NCBI GenBank assembly: GCA_045046875.1
Contig: JASFYY010000147.1
Location: 1 to 13,001 of the forward strand
Length of the DNA stretch: 13,001 bases
Reading direction: 5' to 3'
Source: Verrucomicrobiota bacterium
GTDB taxonomy: Bacteria; Verrucomicrobiota; Verrucomicrobiia; Verrucomicrobiales; DEV007
In this document: piece after piece, positions 1 to 9,389 of the stretch
Layout of the letters: each line of letters begins with the position of its first letter
Position numbering within the stretch: position 1 is the first letter of the stretch
Program-made: the position numbers and the translations under genes
The notes under the pieces: model-generated
Told to the model about the DNA's origin: nothing
The model's database searches: none
Seen by the model: the letters and a program-made list of their open reading frames with translations, nothing else

Positions 1-191
1 GCTATATCATTGAGCACCGTTGGTGCAAAAGAGATGAAAGCAAACTGTCCTGTAAGGACAAAATGTGATAGCCCAGTGCGAAGCGCTGGGGTTAAATCGT
101 TTTTATTGTCAGCCCTAAAAGGGCGACATGATGTTGATGGGTGATAAGGTAGCTTTCAATAAGCAATGGCTAACTTTTTTGTTCTGCACCC
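1..191. mobile_element. Right-hand part of a MITE-like element (copy 1, truncated by the window start)
   Basis: By manual alignment 1-116 matches 2787-2902 (109/116) and 121-189 matches 2953-3021 (63/69). Similarity stops at the position equivalent to the right end of copy 2. Confidence 0.8.
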
Positions 192-284
192 ATAGCGGGG
201 GCAGTCGGAGAAAGGTTGCCCGATATTTTTTTGGAAGCACTGATGAACTTCGGTGGACACTGGTTTGTTTTTCCCGGTCTGAAT

Positions 285-1526
285 CTACTCAGTCTCTTTG
301 GGTAGTTTGATGGTGAAGGGGTCAAGATTGGCCAGCTCAGTGGCGAGTTCTTTACCGGGCTTGTCCCTTCCCATCGCAAAAGCCAGGCCTCCTCCTGTTG
401 CTAACAGGCTCCAGTAGTTTGCGGCAGCCTTGTCCTTGGCCAGTTGGGGATCTTTTTTGTAGCACCATGCGATGGTTTTTAACGAGGACGTATTGCCCTG
501 AATCCAAGCGGCTTTGGCCAGGAGTAGTGACATTTTGTGGTTTTTTTTCACTCCAATTCCATCCGAGTAAAAATAGGCCAGTTGTCCCAGTGCAAATGAG
601 TGTCCAGTGGCTGCGGCCTTTTGCAATAGTGCCACACCCGTCGGGGGATTGATTGGGTATCCATAAGGGCCGTTGAGCAGAGCCAGTCCTTTTTCCATAA
701 ATCCCAGACTATGTCCGGTTGCCACCGCATTCTCGACCCACTTTTGGGCTTCTTGTTCGGACGAGCCCTCGACTTTAAGTCTTTCGTAAAAGGCTGCCAA
801 GTTAACCATTGCGTAGATGTCCCCTCCTTTTGCCGCGCGTCGAGTCCAAGACATTGCCTGAGCCGCATCTTTGCCACGCGGCGCTTGACCGACAGCCAAC
901 ATGAATCCTAGATCCTTCATGCCGCTCGCGAGTCCCATCTCGGCGGCTTCGCGGTAATGTTTGATAGCTGATTCCGGGGCGCTCTGTTGCTCTTTGGCGC
1001 CCACTTCTACCAAGGCCTGGGCGAAACCTGCCTTTGCACTGTCACGGAGATGTTCCCTGGCGTATTTCCCAGCTATTTTATAGGCATCCGAACTGTCTTT
1101 GAAGCTGCTCACGGAGATGGCTCCATTTTCGTCTGCTTCACTGAGATAGCTTAGCATATACGAGTCTAGGGCTGAGCGTGGTTGTCGTTTTTCCAAGGCT
1201 TTGCGAAGCTTAACATTGCACGCCCAGCGTATCTTCTGGTCACGTCGCACACCTGCTCCATCCATGTGGCAACGCATTAGTATAAAGGTGGCCAGGAGGT
1301 CACCCTTATTGTGTCCTGCGAGTGCGGTGCGATATGTTTCAAAGTCCGGAAGGAGGAAGAATCGAGCAAAGGCATAATGTCCATCCCGAGGAGCGTTAGC
1401 ATCGGTTATTAGTTCCTGGTATCGTCCATTGCCAAGCAATTGATCGCGGCTACCCGCTGCCTTGCAAGGAGTTGAATAAATGCAAAAAAAGCACACAGGA
1501 ACTAAAGCGGTTAAGAGCATTTTCAT
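285..1526 (-). CDS. Sel1-like (SLR/TPR) repeat protein with probable signal peptide
   Basis: The long ORF extends to a TTG at 1562; the ATG at 1526 gives MKMLLTALVPVCFFCIYSTPCKA, which is signal-peptide-like. Repeated SLR motifs: AAEMGLASGMKDLGFML, AAKGGDIYAMVNLAAFY, AAATGHSFALGQLAYFYSDGIGVKKN. Confidence 0.8.
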   Translation of the reverse strand: MKMLLTALVPVCFFCIYSTPCKAAGSRDQLLGNGRYQELITDANAPRDGHYAFARFFLLPDFETYRTALAGHNKGDLLATFILMRCHMDGAGVRRDQKIRWACNVKLRKALEKRQPRSALDSYMLSYLSEADENGAISVSSFKDSSDAYKIAGKYAREHLRDSAKAGFAQALVEVGAKEQQSAPESAIKHYREAAEMGLASGMKDLGFMLAVGQAPRGKDAAQAMSWTRRAAKGGDIYAMVNLAAFYERLKVEGSSEQEAQKWVENAVATGHSLGFMEKGLALLNGPYGYPINPPTGVALLQKAAATGHSFALGQLAYFYSDGIGVKKNHKMSLLLAKAAWIQGNTSSLKTIAWCYKKDPQLAKDKAAANYWSLLATGGGLAFAMGRDKPGKELATELANLDPFTIKLPKETE

Positions 1527-1591
1527 GAATGTGAGGCTAACATTGTCCTGTAGCTTGTTCAAACAGTAGCAGTTGTTCGGTCAATGATTTC

Positions 1592-1619
1592 TTGCACCGC
1601 TCTTGGGATTCTCTAACTT
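1592..1619 (+). promoter_or_regulatory. Possible sigma70-type promoter for the hemF-like gene (possibly leaderless)
   Basis: TTGCAC (1592-1597), 16-bp spacer, TAACTT (1614-1619). The ATG at 1626 follows 6 nt later with no Shine-Dalgarno. Confidence 0.3.
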
Positions 1620-1625
1620 CCTGTA

Positions 1626-2690
1626 ATGTCTATATCACCTCGCGCCATCGATGCTTTGAAGCTGGTTTCCGATTTGCAGTCACGCTTCGTGAAGGGGCTG
1701 GAAGCAGTGTCCTGTGGAAACGGGGTGGCGGTGGATTTTGCTTTGACGCAGTGGTTGCGTGATGGTGGGACTCACGGTGGGGGCAATCGTTATACGGCGT
1801 CGGACGGTGTGTTTTTTGACCGGGCTTCGGTGAATGTGTCGCAGATCCATTATGAGGACCTTGCTGAAAAGAAGCTGGCTTCGGCGACTGCCATATCGAC
1901 GATCATCCATCCGAGCAACCCTCATTGTCCGTCGGTGCATATCCATATCAGTTGGACCGAGATGAAAGAGGGGGCGGGTTATTGGCGTATCATGGCGGAT
2001 TTGAATCCTTCAGTGGTGCACGAAGCCTATCGTGATGAGTTTATTGAACTCATGCAGCAAGCCGCCCCTTTACAGTATGAAGAGGCATCGGCTCAGGGGG
2101 ATCGTTATTTTTTCATCCCGGCATTGGATCGCCACCGTGGAGTCGCCCATTTTTATCTGGAGAGCTACCGCAGTGATGATGCGCTTGCCGACAGGGCGTT
2201 GGCTGAGGTTTTTGGCAAGGCGGTGATCGATGGTTATTTGGAGATCCTTAGGAAAGCGTCGCAGGGCTATCCGGTTTTTGATGAAGCTGATCGCTCGGAG
2301 CAGTTGGCTTACCACACGTTGTATTTGTTCCAGGTTCTGACCCTCGACCGGGGAACCACTTCGGGACTGCTGGTCCATGATCAGAATGATCTGGGTATCA
2401 TGGGGTCACTGCCTTCGCATGTGGATCGAAAATTGCTGGTGAGTTGGAAGGAGAGTGTGGCACCACCACAGCAAGGTTTGCAGCAAGCCTTGCTTGAGGC
2501 CTTGCCTGAGGATGGGGTGGTGACGGATGAGGTGAAGTTAGAGTTGGCTAAGGCGGTGCGGGAGCACTATAGGAAAAATCCAGATGCGTTGTCATTTCAG
2601 GCTTCGGGAAATGTGGTTCCGCCAACGGTTGAAAATCATAGGTCGTCGTTAGGGGAGAAGGAACCACCAATGGACACGAATAAACACTAA
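1626..2690 (+). CDS. hemF: Oxygen-dependent coproporphyrinogen III oxidase family protein (divergent HemF-like)
   Basis: 354 aa with HemF-like motifs in the expected order: WLRDGGTHGGG, FDRASVNVSQI, STIIHPSNPHCPSVH, DRYFFIP..RHRGV, LDRGTTSGL, GIMGSLP. Confidence 0.8.
   Translation: MSISPRAIDALKLVSDLQSRFVKGLEAVSCGNGVAVDFALTQWLRDGGTHGGGNRYTASDGVFFDRASVNVSQIHYEDLAEKKLASATAISTIIHPSNPHCPSVHIHISWTEMKEGAGYWRIMADLNPSVVHEAYRDEFIELMQQAAPLQYEEASAQGDRYFFIPALDRHRGVAHFYLESYRSDDALADRALAEVFGKAVIDGYLEILRKASQGYPVFDEADRSEQLAYHTLYLFQVLTLDRGTTSGLLVHDQNDLGIMGSLPSHVDRKLLVSWKESVAPPQQGLQQALLEALPEDGVVTDEVKLELAKAVREHYRKNPDALSFQASGNVVPPTVENHRSSLGEKEPPMDTNKH
2661..2690 (+). repeat. AACCAC-type ~10-bp-period short repeat, copy A; supplies the last codons and stop of hemF
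   Basis: gaaccaccaatggacacgaataaacactaa is 27/30 identical to 5520-5549. Confidence 0.75.
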
Positions 2691-3023
2691 GAGGGTAAGG
2701 CAAAATGGTTAAGCTGCTGACCGCTATGCGTTTCGCCCTTGCAGGGCTGGGAGAATTGGATTTTTAACCCCAGCGCTTCGCACTGGGCTATAACATTGAG
2801 CACCGTTGGTGCAAAGGAGATGAAAGCCAACTGTCCTGTAAGGACAAAATGAGGGAGCCCAGTGCGAAGCGCTGGGGTTAAATCGGTTTTATTGTCAGCC
2901 CTGAGCAGCAGTGTAGCGGCACCGAAACAAAGTGGAGATCGCCGGAGGCAACGGGCGAAATGATGCCGATGTGTGATAAGGTAGCTCTCAATAAGCAATG
3001 GCTAACTTTTTTGTCCTGCACTC
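2691..3023. mobile_element. 333-bp non-autonomous MITE-like element (copy 2, complete) with 9-bp target site duplication
   Basis: AAACACTAA lies directly on both sides (2682-2690 and 3024-3032). The left end GAGGGTAAGGCAAAATGGTTA matches the reverse complement of the right end GAGTGCAGGACAAAAAAGTTA at 15/21. A second copy is at 1-191. No credible coding capacity. Confidence 0.8.
2729..2962. repeat. REP-like inverted doublet (REPIN/BIME-like) inside the MITE
   Basis: Perfect 27-bp inverted repeat 2763-2789 / 2856-2882. Outer pairs cagggctg 2742-2749 / cagccctg 2896-2903 and tttcgccc 2731-2738 / gggcgaaa 2953-2960. Local hairpins gccc-ttgca-gggc, gcacc-gtt-ggtgc, gtcct-gta-aggac. Confidence 0.8.
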
Positions 3024-3105
3024 AAACACTAAATGTGAATGGTTTATGGTTTGATAAAGATGTTGCGTTACCCATACAGTTGAGATTTTCTGACTATTGA
3101 ATGAA

Positions 3106-3879
3106 ATGAATTCCACGCCCCCTCCCATTCCTAACCATTCCAGGCCTAATGGTGAACCCGGAAGCCCGTGGAATATCTGGGCAACGACTGGGTTTACGTT
3201 TGCGATCATGGCTATTTATCTAGTTGTTCAAACGCTGGTCTTTCTGGTGTTTATGTTCATCTTGTCGGCTAAGGGCGATGTGGATGTGGATGTGGAAGAA
3301 CTCGCAGAGAGCGGTTTGTTTTTTGGCATCGCCTCATCGGTGTCGGCAGTGATCAGCACCTTGTTGGTGATAGGATGTGTGGCGTTGAAAAAAGGTGTCC
3401 GCATTGTTGATTATCTAAAGTTATATCGTCCCCGGCTGCGTTCTATCGTGATCTGGACGGTTTTATTTTTTGTGATTTTCACGCCAATAGACTGGTTGCG
3501 CATTGAGGTTTTTGAAAAGCCGGTGGTGCCCGAGTTTATGCTGGATGCTTATCTGAGTTGCGATTTTTTACCTATTCTGTGGTTTGCGATATTGATTGGT
3601 GCGCCTTTTGCAGAAGAATTTCTTTTTCGCGGCTTCGTGTTTGAGGGTATCAAACATACACGAATGGGAAGCGTTGGCGCGGTGGTGATTTGTTCGCTGG
3701 TGTGGTCAGCCGTCCACCTTCAGTATGATTTGATAGATATGAGTGTGGTTTTTTTGGGAGGCCTGTTCCTCGGAGTAGCAAAACTGAGAACCGGCACCTT
3801 GTGGGTGCCGATTATTTTGCATTTCATTTGGAATTTGGGGGCAATGATTCAGACGGCTATGGCGGCTGCGCAGGTTTGA
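3106..3879 (+). CDS. CPBP family (Abi/CAAX prenyl protease type II-like) intramembrane glutamic endopeptidase
   Basis: Multiple hydrophobic helices plus family motifs APFAEEFLFRGF (EExxxR), WSAVH (FxxxH-like) and ILHFIWN (HxxxN). ATG at 3106 preferred over TTG at 3097. Confidence 0.88.
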   Translation: MNSTPPPIPNHSRPNGEPGSPWNIWATTGFTFAIMAIYLVVQTLVFLVFMFILSAKGDVDVDVEELAESGLFFGIASSVSAVISTLLVIGCVALKKGVRIVDYLKLYRPRLRSIVIWTVLFFVIFTPIDWLRIEVFEKPVVPEFMLDAYLSCDFLPILWFAILIGAPFAEEFLFRGFVFEGIKHTRMGSVGAVVICSLVWSAVHLQYDLIDMSVVFLGGLFLGVAKLRTGTLWVPIILHFIWNLGAMIQTAMAAAQV

Positions 3880-4037
3880 GAAGAGGCTTGTGGTAATTGA
3901 AAAAAAATGATCAGATTAGAATGATGGCAATAACTGCCTGTGTTTGATTTTTTAAATACACTTGGATCAAAATAAATCGTGATGAAAGTTAAAAAAGGGA
4001 GGAGAACGGGGTGGTTAATGTGGACGCGGCGGCATGG

Positions 4038-4071
4038 TGAAGGTCAGATAGACCTTCAATTCTGATTTTTC
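4038..4071 (+). terminator. Putative intrinsic terminator or palindrome between the CPBP gene and the nuoD promoter
   Basis: TGAAGGTC-agata-GACCTTCA perfect 8-bp stem (4038-4058), followed by T-rich attctgattttttc. Confidence 0.4.
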
Positions 4072-4120
4072 TAGGCTGGCTTCGCGTAAAAAGCATCCTG
4101 CAGCCCTTATAAAACGGACT

Positions 4121-4138
4121 TTGTGAAATTTTTCACAA
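4121..4138. promoter_or_regulatory. Palindromic operator TTGTGAA-ATTT-TTCACAA (Rex consensus; core also fits CRP-family TGTGA-N6-TCACA)
   Basis: Exact match to the established Rex box TTGTGAAWWWWTTCACAA, upstream of NADH dehydrogenase genes. Identical copy at 10580-10597. Confidence 0.75.
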
Positions 4139-4145
4139 ATTCATC

Positions 4146-4174
4146 TTGCCGATGTTTTTGTCTGCGTCGATAAT
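4146..4174 (+). promoter_or_regulatory. Sigma70-type promoter of nuoDEFG
   Basis: TTGCCG (4146-4151), 17 bp, GATAAT (4169-4174). Both hexamers and the spacing are conserved in the duplicate upstream of nuoH. Confidence 0.65.
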
Positions 4175-4216
4175 CCCGCGACTTGGAACAACTCGGAACA
4201 GAAATCGTTTCCCGAT

Positions 4217-5476
4217 ATGGCAAAAACAGTTCAAGAAATTGAGGCACCAGATGCGGCGGCTAAAGCGGCGGCGCAGGTGGAGGCCTATCAGCAAACGACG
4301 GAGGATATCGTCGGTGAAAAGCTGGTGTTGAATATGGGGCCTTCGCACCCAGCGACACACGGGGTGCTGCGTCTGATCCTTGAGCTGGACGGGGAAGTGG
4401 TGACCAAAGCGACGCCGGATATCGGCTTTTTGCATCGCGGTGATGAAAAAATCGCCGAGAACATGCAGTATAATCAATTTGTGCCTTACACCGATCGCTT
4501 GGACTACCTGGCTCCTTTGGCGAACAATGTGGCTTATGCGATGGCGGTGGAAAAGCTGATGGATTGGGAATTGCCACCACGAGGTCAGGCGATTCGCGTT
4601 TTGTGCTGCGAACTGGCTCGTATTTCGGCTCACTTGTTGGGCTTGGGCGCTTACGCGATGGATGTCGGGGCGCTGTCGGTGTTTTTGTATACTTTCCAGG
4701 AGCGTGAATATATTTACGATTTGAGCGAGCAGTTGACCGGTGCGCGTTTTACCACTTCTTACACCCGCGTCGGTGGCATGACTCGGGATTTACCGGAGGA
4801 TTTCCCGGCGGCGGTGCGGAAATTTTGCGAAGGTTTCCTGAAAACTTTGCAGGAGACGGAGGATTTGTTGTCACGGAATAAGATTTTCATCGACCGGACG
4901 CAGGATGTCGGGGTGATCACCAAAGAGGATGCGATTTCTTACGGATTGAGTGGACCCAATCTGCGTGGTTCGGGGGTGGAGCACGATGTGCGTAAGTCGA
5001 ACCCTTACCTGGGTTACGAGAATTACGATTTTGATATTCCGGTGGGTGAGCATGGCGATTCTTACGATCGTTATGCGGTGCGCATGGAGGAGATGCGTCA
5101 GAGTGTGCGCATCATTCATCAGGTGCTGGATACTTTGCCGGATGGGCCGATCAATGTGGAGGATCCCAAAAATATGCTGCCGAAGAAGGAGCGGGTGTTG
5201 ATGAGCATGGAGGAGTTGATCCGCCATTTCATGTTGGTGACCGAGGGCATCGATGCTCCGGCGGGAGAAGTTTATTTTGGAGCTGAGAATCCTAAGGGCG
5301 AGCTTGGTTTTTATATTAATAGTAAAGGTGGCGGAGTGCCTTACCGGATGAAAATCCGCAGCCCGTCTTTTTGTAACTTGAGTATCCTGCCGAAGATCTT
5401 GCCGGGACACATGATGAGTGACTCGGTGGTGATATTGGGCAGTTTGGATTTTGTGATGGGGGAGTGTGATAGGTAA
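4217..5476 (+). CDS. nuoD: NADH-quinone oxidoreductase subunit D
   Basis: LNMGPSHPATHGVLRL, GFLHRGDEK, DRLDYL, ENPKGELG, GSLDFVMGECDR. Confidence 0.98.
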   Translation: MAKTVQEIEAPDAAAKAAAQVEAYQQTTEDIVGEKLVLNMGPSHPATHGVLRLILELDGEVVTKATPDIGFLHRGDEKIAENMQYNQFVPYTDRLDYLAPLANNVAYAMAVEKLMDWELPPRGQAIRVLCCELARISAHLLGLGAYAMDVGALSVFLYTFQEREYIYDLSEQLTGARFTTSYTRVGGMTRDLPEDFPAAVRKFCEGFLKTLQETEDLLSRNKIFIDRTQDVGVITKEDAISYGLSGPNLRGSGVEHDVRKSNPYLGYENYDFDIPVGEHGDSYDRYAVRMEEMRQSVRIIHQVLDTLPDGPINVEDPKNMLPKKERVLMSMEELIRHFMLVTEGIDAPAGEVYFGAENPKGELGFYINSKGGGVPYRMKIRSPSFCNLSILPKILPGHMMSDSVVILGSLDFVMGECDR

Positions 5477-5643
5477 GAAGAATTCAGGAGTTAGAATTCA
5501 GAATTCATGCAGTCGAAGAGAACCACGAATGGACACAAATGAACACTAATTCAGGAGAAGAAGTTTAGGAATAGGAGATAGAGCCGAGGCGAAGACGAGA
5601 CAGACGGAGTGTAGCGAAGTCAATTTAGAATTTAGAAAAGAGT
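5477..5643 (+). repeat. Purine-rich nuoD-nuoE spacer with AGAATTCA(G) short repeats and an AACCAC-type repeat (copy B, 5520-5549)
   Basis: agaattca at 5479, 5493 and 5500; aattcaggag at 5481 and 5548; gaaccacgaatggacacaaatgaacactaa at 5520-5549; aatttagaatttagaa just before nuoE. Confidence 0.65.
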
Positions 5644-6144
5644 ATGGCATTGAAAGTTCCAGTGGATCTTGAGAAAGAGATGGATGAGCGCATCGCGCAT
5701 TATCCGGAGTCCAAACGCAGTGCGGTGTTGCCGCTGTTGCATTTGGTGCAGGAGCATTTTGGCTATATCAGCGAGGATGCGGTGGAGTGGGTGGCCAAGA
5801 AGCTCGAGTTGGAGCCGATTCGGGTGCTGGAGGTGGTGACTTTTTATCCAGGCTTTCGTCAGAAGCAGGTGGGCAAACATCATATCCGGGTGTGCCGGAC
5901 TTTGTCTTGTGCGATGGCGGGTTCTGCGGAGCTGATGGATGAGTTTTGTAAAAAAGCGAAGATTGACCGCTCGGCGGTATCGCATCACGATCCGATTGCA
6001 GTCAGTGAGGATGGCAAATACAGCATTGAGTTCGCCGAGTGTCTGGCGGGCTGCGGCACCGGGCCGGTATGCATGGTGAATGATGATTTTCATGAACAGG
6101 TCGGAGCGGAGAAGCTCGAAGAAATACTTAACAAGTGCGATTGA
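5644..6144 (+). CDS. nuoE: NADH-quinone oxidoreductase subunit E (2Fe-2S)
   Basis: RSAVLPLLHLVQ, VVTFYP, CRTLSC and ECLAGCG cysteine ligands. Confidence 0.97.
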   Translation: MALKVPVDLEKEMDERIAHYPESKRSAVLPLLHLVQEHFGYISEDAVEWVAKKLELEPIRVLEVVTFYPGFRQKQVGKHHIRVCRTLSCAMAGSAELMDEFCKKAKIDRSAVSHHDPIAVSEDGKYSIEFAECLAGCGTGPVCMVNDDFHEQVGAEKLEEILNKCD

Positions 6145-7553
6145 TGGCTAAGGTGAAATACATCGCGGGTAAAGAACCGCACGCCAAAGAGCACCGGATG
6201 ATCTTCAAGAATGTGGATCGCGAGGGCTGGGATACGTCGCTGAAGACTTACGAAAAAGAAGGCGGTTACAAGCAGTTGGCCAAGGCGCTGAAGATGGAGC
6301 CGAAGGCGGTGCAGGACGAGGTCAAAGCGGCCGGTCTGCGAGGTCGTGGCGGGGCGGGATTTCCGACGGGGGTGAAGTGGGGTTTTGTGCCTCCCAACAA
6401 TACCAAACCGGTGTACCTGATCTGCAATGCGGATGAGTCAGAGCCGGGTACCTTCAAGGATCGTTATATTATTCATCAGGATCCACATCAGCTGATCGAG
6501 GGGCTGATCATTTCGGCTTACGCGGTGGGCGCGCATTTGGCTTATATTTATATCCGCGAGGAATTTCCCGAGGGGGCGAAGATTCTGGAGGCAGCGATTG
6601 AGGAGGCGCGTAAGAAAAAATACATTGGCAAAAATGTGCTGCGCAGTGGTTTTGAGCTGGAGGTGTATGTGCACCGTGGGGCTGGAGCTTATATTTGTGG
6701 GGAGGAGACGGGTTTGATCGAGTCGTTGGAGGGCAAACGTCCTTATCCACGCATCAAACCGCCGTATTTCCCAGCGGCGATGGGTTTGTATCTCTGTCCG
6801 ACGATCGTGAACAATGTGGAGTCGTTGTGCCATGTGAAACACATCATCGACATGGGGGCGGGCGCCTACGGCAAGTTGGGCACGCCACGCAATACCGGGA
6901 CGCGTATTTTGTGTGTCAGCGGCGATGTGCAGAGACCGGGTTATTATGAAATCCAGGTGGGCAAGGTCACCATGGGTGAGCTCATCAACGACATGTGCGG
7001 GGGGATGAAAAAAGGGCGCAAGCTGAAAGCGGTGATTCCTGGTGGATCTTCGTCGAAGATTTTACGTGCGGATGAAACTTTTACCCTGAAGCAGGGCGAT
7101 AAAGAGATGAAGATTGGGCTTAATGACATCCCGATGGATTTTGACTCACTGATGGCCTGTGGTTCGATGGCGGGTTCGGGTGGCGTGATTGTGCTCGATG
7201 ACAGCCGGGCGATTTCCTGGGTGTTGAACAATTTGAATACCTTCTATGCCCACGAATCCTGTGGGCAGTGCACACCTTGCCGTGAGGGTTCGGCGTGGAT
7301 GAAAAAGATCACTGATCGTATTGTCAGTGGCAATGCTTCGCCCGAGGATGTGGATACTTTGGAATCGGTGGCTTACAACATCGATGGCAAGACGATTTGT
7401 GCTTTTGGTGAAGCCTGTTCATGGCCGACCGAAGCGATGGTGGCGAAATTCCGCGATGAGTTGATCGGCGATACCGATGGTAAAAACGCCAAAGGGCCGG
7501 TGAGCAAAGAAACGCAGGAAGCGGCGAAAAATTTAAAACCTTTGACGACCTGA
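6144..7553 (+). CDS. nuoF: NADH-quinone oxidoreductase subunit F (FMN/NADH binding)
   Basis: GLRGRGGAGFPTG, NADESEPGTFKDR, GAGAYICGEETGL, ESCGQCTPCREG, TICAFG. The ATG at 6144 overlaps the nuoE stop (TGATG). Confidence 0.98.
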   Translation: MAKVKYIAGKEPHAKEHRMIFKNVDREGWDTSLKTYEKEGGYKQLAKALKMEPKAVQDEVKAAGLRGRGGAGFPTGVKWGFVPPNNTKPVYLICNADESEPGTFKDRYIIHQDPHQLIEGLIISAYAVGAHLAYIYIREEFPEGAKILEAAIEEARKKKYIGKNVLRSGFELEVYVHRGAGAYICGEETGLIESLEGKRPYPRIKPPYFPAAMGLYLCPTIVNNVESLCHVKHIIDMGAGAYGKLGTPRNTGTRILCVSGDVQRPGYYEIQVGKVTMGELINDMCGGMKKGRKLKAVIPGGSSSKILRADETFTLKQGDKEMKIGLNDIPMDFDSLMACGSMAGSGGVIVLDDSRAISWVLNNLNTFYAHESCGQCTPCREGSAWMKKITDRIVSGNASPEDVDTLESVAYNIDGKTICAFGEACSWPTEAMVAKFRDELIGDTDGKNAKGPVSKETQEAAKNLKPLTT

Positions 7554-7560
7554 TTATCTG

Positions 7561-9285
<1,725 letters not shown>

Positions 9286-9300
9286 TGGCATGGGGTTGCC

Positions 9301-9389
9301 TTCCGGCTGTCCCGGCTTGGCGACGGCTCTAATCCGTGAATAGCTGCCGAAGCATTCGGCATCACATTGCGGTGGCTCTTACAGCGGAA
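9301..9389. other. Structured spacer between convergent nuoG and nucleotidyltransferase genes (possible terminator or degenerate REP)
   Basis: TGCCGAA-gca-TTCGGCA hairpin at 9345-9361, enclosed by ttccggctgt (9301-9310) / acagcggaa (9381-9389), which pair with one bulge. Confidence 0.35.

Noticed and set aside
2729..2962. CRISPR array, tRNA or known ncRNA
   Set aside because: The repeats are inverted, not direct repeats with unique spacers. No cloverleaf, cas gene or recognisable RNA family motif.
1..3023. Composite transposon carrying the Sel1 gene and hemF between two direct repeats
   Set aside because: Copy 2 has its own 9-bp duplication on both sides and copy 1 is followed by a different 9-mer, which favours independent insertions. 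No transposase is present.
2687..3209. ORFs 2687-2998(-) and 2988-3209(-), and likewise 128-310(+) and 170-379(-)
   Set aside because: They overlap the non-coding MITE or real genes and show no protein motifs.
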